Shown here: positions 5,525 through 6,803 of the stretch, in pieces
Numbering within the stretch: position 1 is the first letter of the stretch
Layout of the letters: each line of letters starts with the position of its first letter
Assembly (NCBI GenBank): GCA_964468425.1
Contig: CAYXSZ010000083.1
Location: 1 to 6,803, forward strand
Direction of reading: 5' to 3'
From: Candidatus Woesearchaeota archaeon
GTDB taxonomy: Archaea > Nanobdellota > Nanobdellia > Nanobdellales > Nanobdellaceae
DNA length: 6,803 bases
Translations under genes and position numbers: made by a program
Notes under the pieces: generated by a model
The model's input: only the letters and a program-made list of their open reading frames with translations
Database searches by the model: none
What the model was told of the DNA's origin: nothing

Positions 5525-6803
5525 CTACAATGCGATATACTTTTTAATGGATTTTAAGATTTCCTCTTTCTCGTTTAACCTAAAGATGTGGACATCTATA
5601 GGATATTTCTGAAATTTGTGTAGAATCTCCTCAGCGAGCTGGACTGCGCTCTCATCATCCTTTACAAAAATCAAAAGATCTACATCGCTTGAAGACTCTC
5701 TTTCTCCTCGTGCTAGACCTCCCGCCAAGAAAACTTCTGAGCCAGGATACCTTTCAGAAACAAACTCTTTAATTTTTGGAACCCACGTCTCCCAAGAATT
5801 AATTAGCTTTTCTCTTTTCTCAAGACGAGTGTCGAGATGATATGCGATTTCTCTCTGAGCAAACTTCCTATATACAATCTCAATTATAAAAGCTAGGACA
5901 ATGGCGGATACAAAAACTATAACTCCAACTATATTAGTTTTAATATTTTTAGCTAAAAGAGTTATAAGAGCAACAAAAGAAAGAATTATAGAAGTTATAG
6001 ATAAATATTTGTTGATTTTTGCTTGTTTTCTTAATATGAAACCTGCGAGGTTCACTGAAAAAAAGATTAAGAGAAAACCTGCGCTTCCAATCAGCGAGAT
6101 CTCTTCTAAATTGAGTAAATTTGCTGAAAGAATTGAAATAAGAGAAATTATTATCAATCCCTCATAAGCTTGCTTCCAAACTTTTCTTTCTAAAGCTTCT
6201 GGAAGTTGACCGTATTTCGATATTATATAAGAAATTCCTACAGTTCCGAACAAAGTAGCATTGATTGCAGACGCTGTCGAAGCGAGAGCTGCGATGCTGA
6301 TTAAAACAAAACCTAGTTTCCCTAGTATTGGTTGAGCAACAGCTGCTAGTGCGTAGTCCTTCGCTTTTACAACTTGTTGAACTGGGAGAGCGCTAACCGT
6401 TACGATTGCTATTAAAATATAAAGAATAGTTACAAAAGTTATCGAAGCGTAAAAAGCTTTCGGAATGTCTTTCAAGTTTTTGGCTTCCGTTGACGCGTTT
6501 GCTATTAGCTCAAAGCCTTCATAAGCTAGAAATATGATCATTCCTCCGACCAGGACATTTAGAATATTTTGAGATGGTAAAAAATATGAAATAATGTCAA
6601 AGTTTTTCAAAGAAACTAATCCTGCGAGCGCAACTAAAGATAAAGCAATTAGTTTAAAAATAACTAGGGCATCTTCAGTTTTACCTGTTATGTATGCTCC
6701 GAGAGCGTTAATCAGCGTGAAAAACAGAATAATTCCAGTTATTGCTAAATGCTTGGGAATTCCCAAAAGAATACTTGCATATGCGCCAAACGCATACGAA
6801 TAC
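5525..6803 (-). CDS. APC-superfamily amino-acid/polyamine permease fused to a C-terminal minimal nucleotidyltransferase (pol-beta superfamily) domain; 5' end beyond the right window edge
   Basis: Multiple hydrophobic helices and FLAYEGFELIANASTEAKNLKDIPKA (compare the APC pattern f.G.E.....aeE.knP.k.iP.A). The last ~109 aa (5528..5854) are soluble and carry VFLAGGLARGERESSSDVDLLIFV (hG[GS]x9-13DhDh) plus a downstream IDVHIF. The M at 6766 in the track is a TTG codon. The frame is open to 6803 (YSYAFGAYASILL...), so the gene is truncated by the window. Confidence 0.9.
   Translation of the reverse strand, partial: YSYAFGAYASILLGIPKHLAITGIILFFTLINALGAYITGKTEDALVIFKLIALSLVALAGLVSLKNFDIISYFLPSQNILNVLVGGMIIFLAYEGFELIANASTEAKNLKDIPKAFYASITFVTILYILIAIVTVSALPVQQVVKAKDYALAAVAQPILGKLGFVLISIAALASTASAINATLFGTVGISYIISKYGQLPEALERKVWKQAYEGLIIISLISILSANLLNLEEISLIGSAGFLLIFFSVNLAGFILRKQAKINKYLSITSIILSFVALITLLAKNIKTNIVGVIVFVSAIVLAFIIEIVYRKFAQREIAYHLDTRLEKREKLINSWETWVPKIKEFVSERYPGSEVFLAGGLARGERESSSDVDLLIFVKDDESAVQLAEEILHKFQKYPIDVHIFRLNEKEEILKSIKKYIAL

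Noticed and set aside
5616-6167. Plus-strand ORFs 5616..5840 and 5901..6167
   Set aside because: Antisense to the permease-NTase gene, and better explained as shadow ORFs.
6764-6766. Position 6766 as the start of the permease gene
   Set aside because: The codon is TTG and the frame is open upstream to the window edge, encoding further hydrophobic transporter-like sequence (YSYAFGAYASILL). An APC permease would also need more helices than are present after this point. The gene is therefore truncated by the window.
1-6803. CRISPR arrays, rRNA, transposase/integrase genes, long terminal repeats
   Set aside because: A scan of both strands found no regularly spaced direct repeats, no rRNA-like conserved blocks, no recombinase-like ORFs and no long inverted or direct repeats.

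Overview
AT-rich, very compact archaeal chromosomal segment. The archaeal call rests on a group II chaperonin, aIF5A and a Fap7-type kinase. Proteins are K/E/I-rich, which suggests a thermophile; the lineage cannot be assigned without a search. Gene order: a partial coiled-coil hypothetical gene (1..257, -, not in the ORF track); thermosome subunit (328..1968/1986, -); Fap7/AK6-like P-loop kinase (2080..2574, -); aIF5A (2624..3019, +); an M16 (pitrilysin-family) zinc peptidase split into two overlapping ORFs by a frameshift at an A7 run (3016..4231, -); an alkyltransferase-like (ATL) domain fused to endonuclease V (4248..5141, -); a 383-bp gap with no ORF; and a partial APC-family permease with a C-terminal minimal nucleotidyltransferase domain (5525..6803, -). 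No rRNA, tRNA, CRISPR or mobile element was seen. Main points of interest: (1) the ATL-EndoV fusion has substitutions at key catalytic positions in both halves (PCHRV -> PWWRV; EndoV Asp110-equivalent -> Asn). (2) The transporter-NTase fusion is an unusual architecture. (3) The gap after it holds one frame strongly depleted of stop codons, in phase with the NTase ORF, which suggests a decayed partner gene. (4) The M16 frameshift sits on a homopolymer. (5) The thermosome has GDGTKR in place of the canonical GDGTT(T/S) motif. (6) A/T boxes lie about 25 nt upstream of start codons, implying leaderless mRNAs, including one box shared by two divergent genes. All family assignments are motif recognition by eye; no database search was possible.
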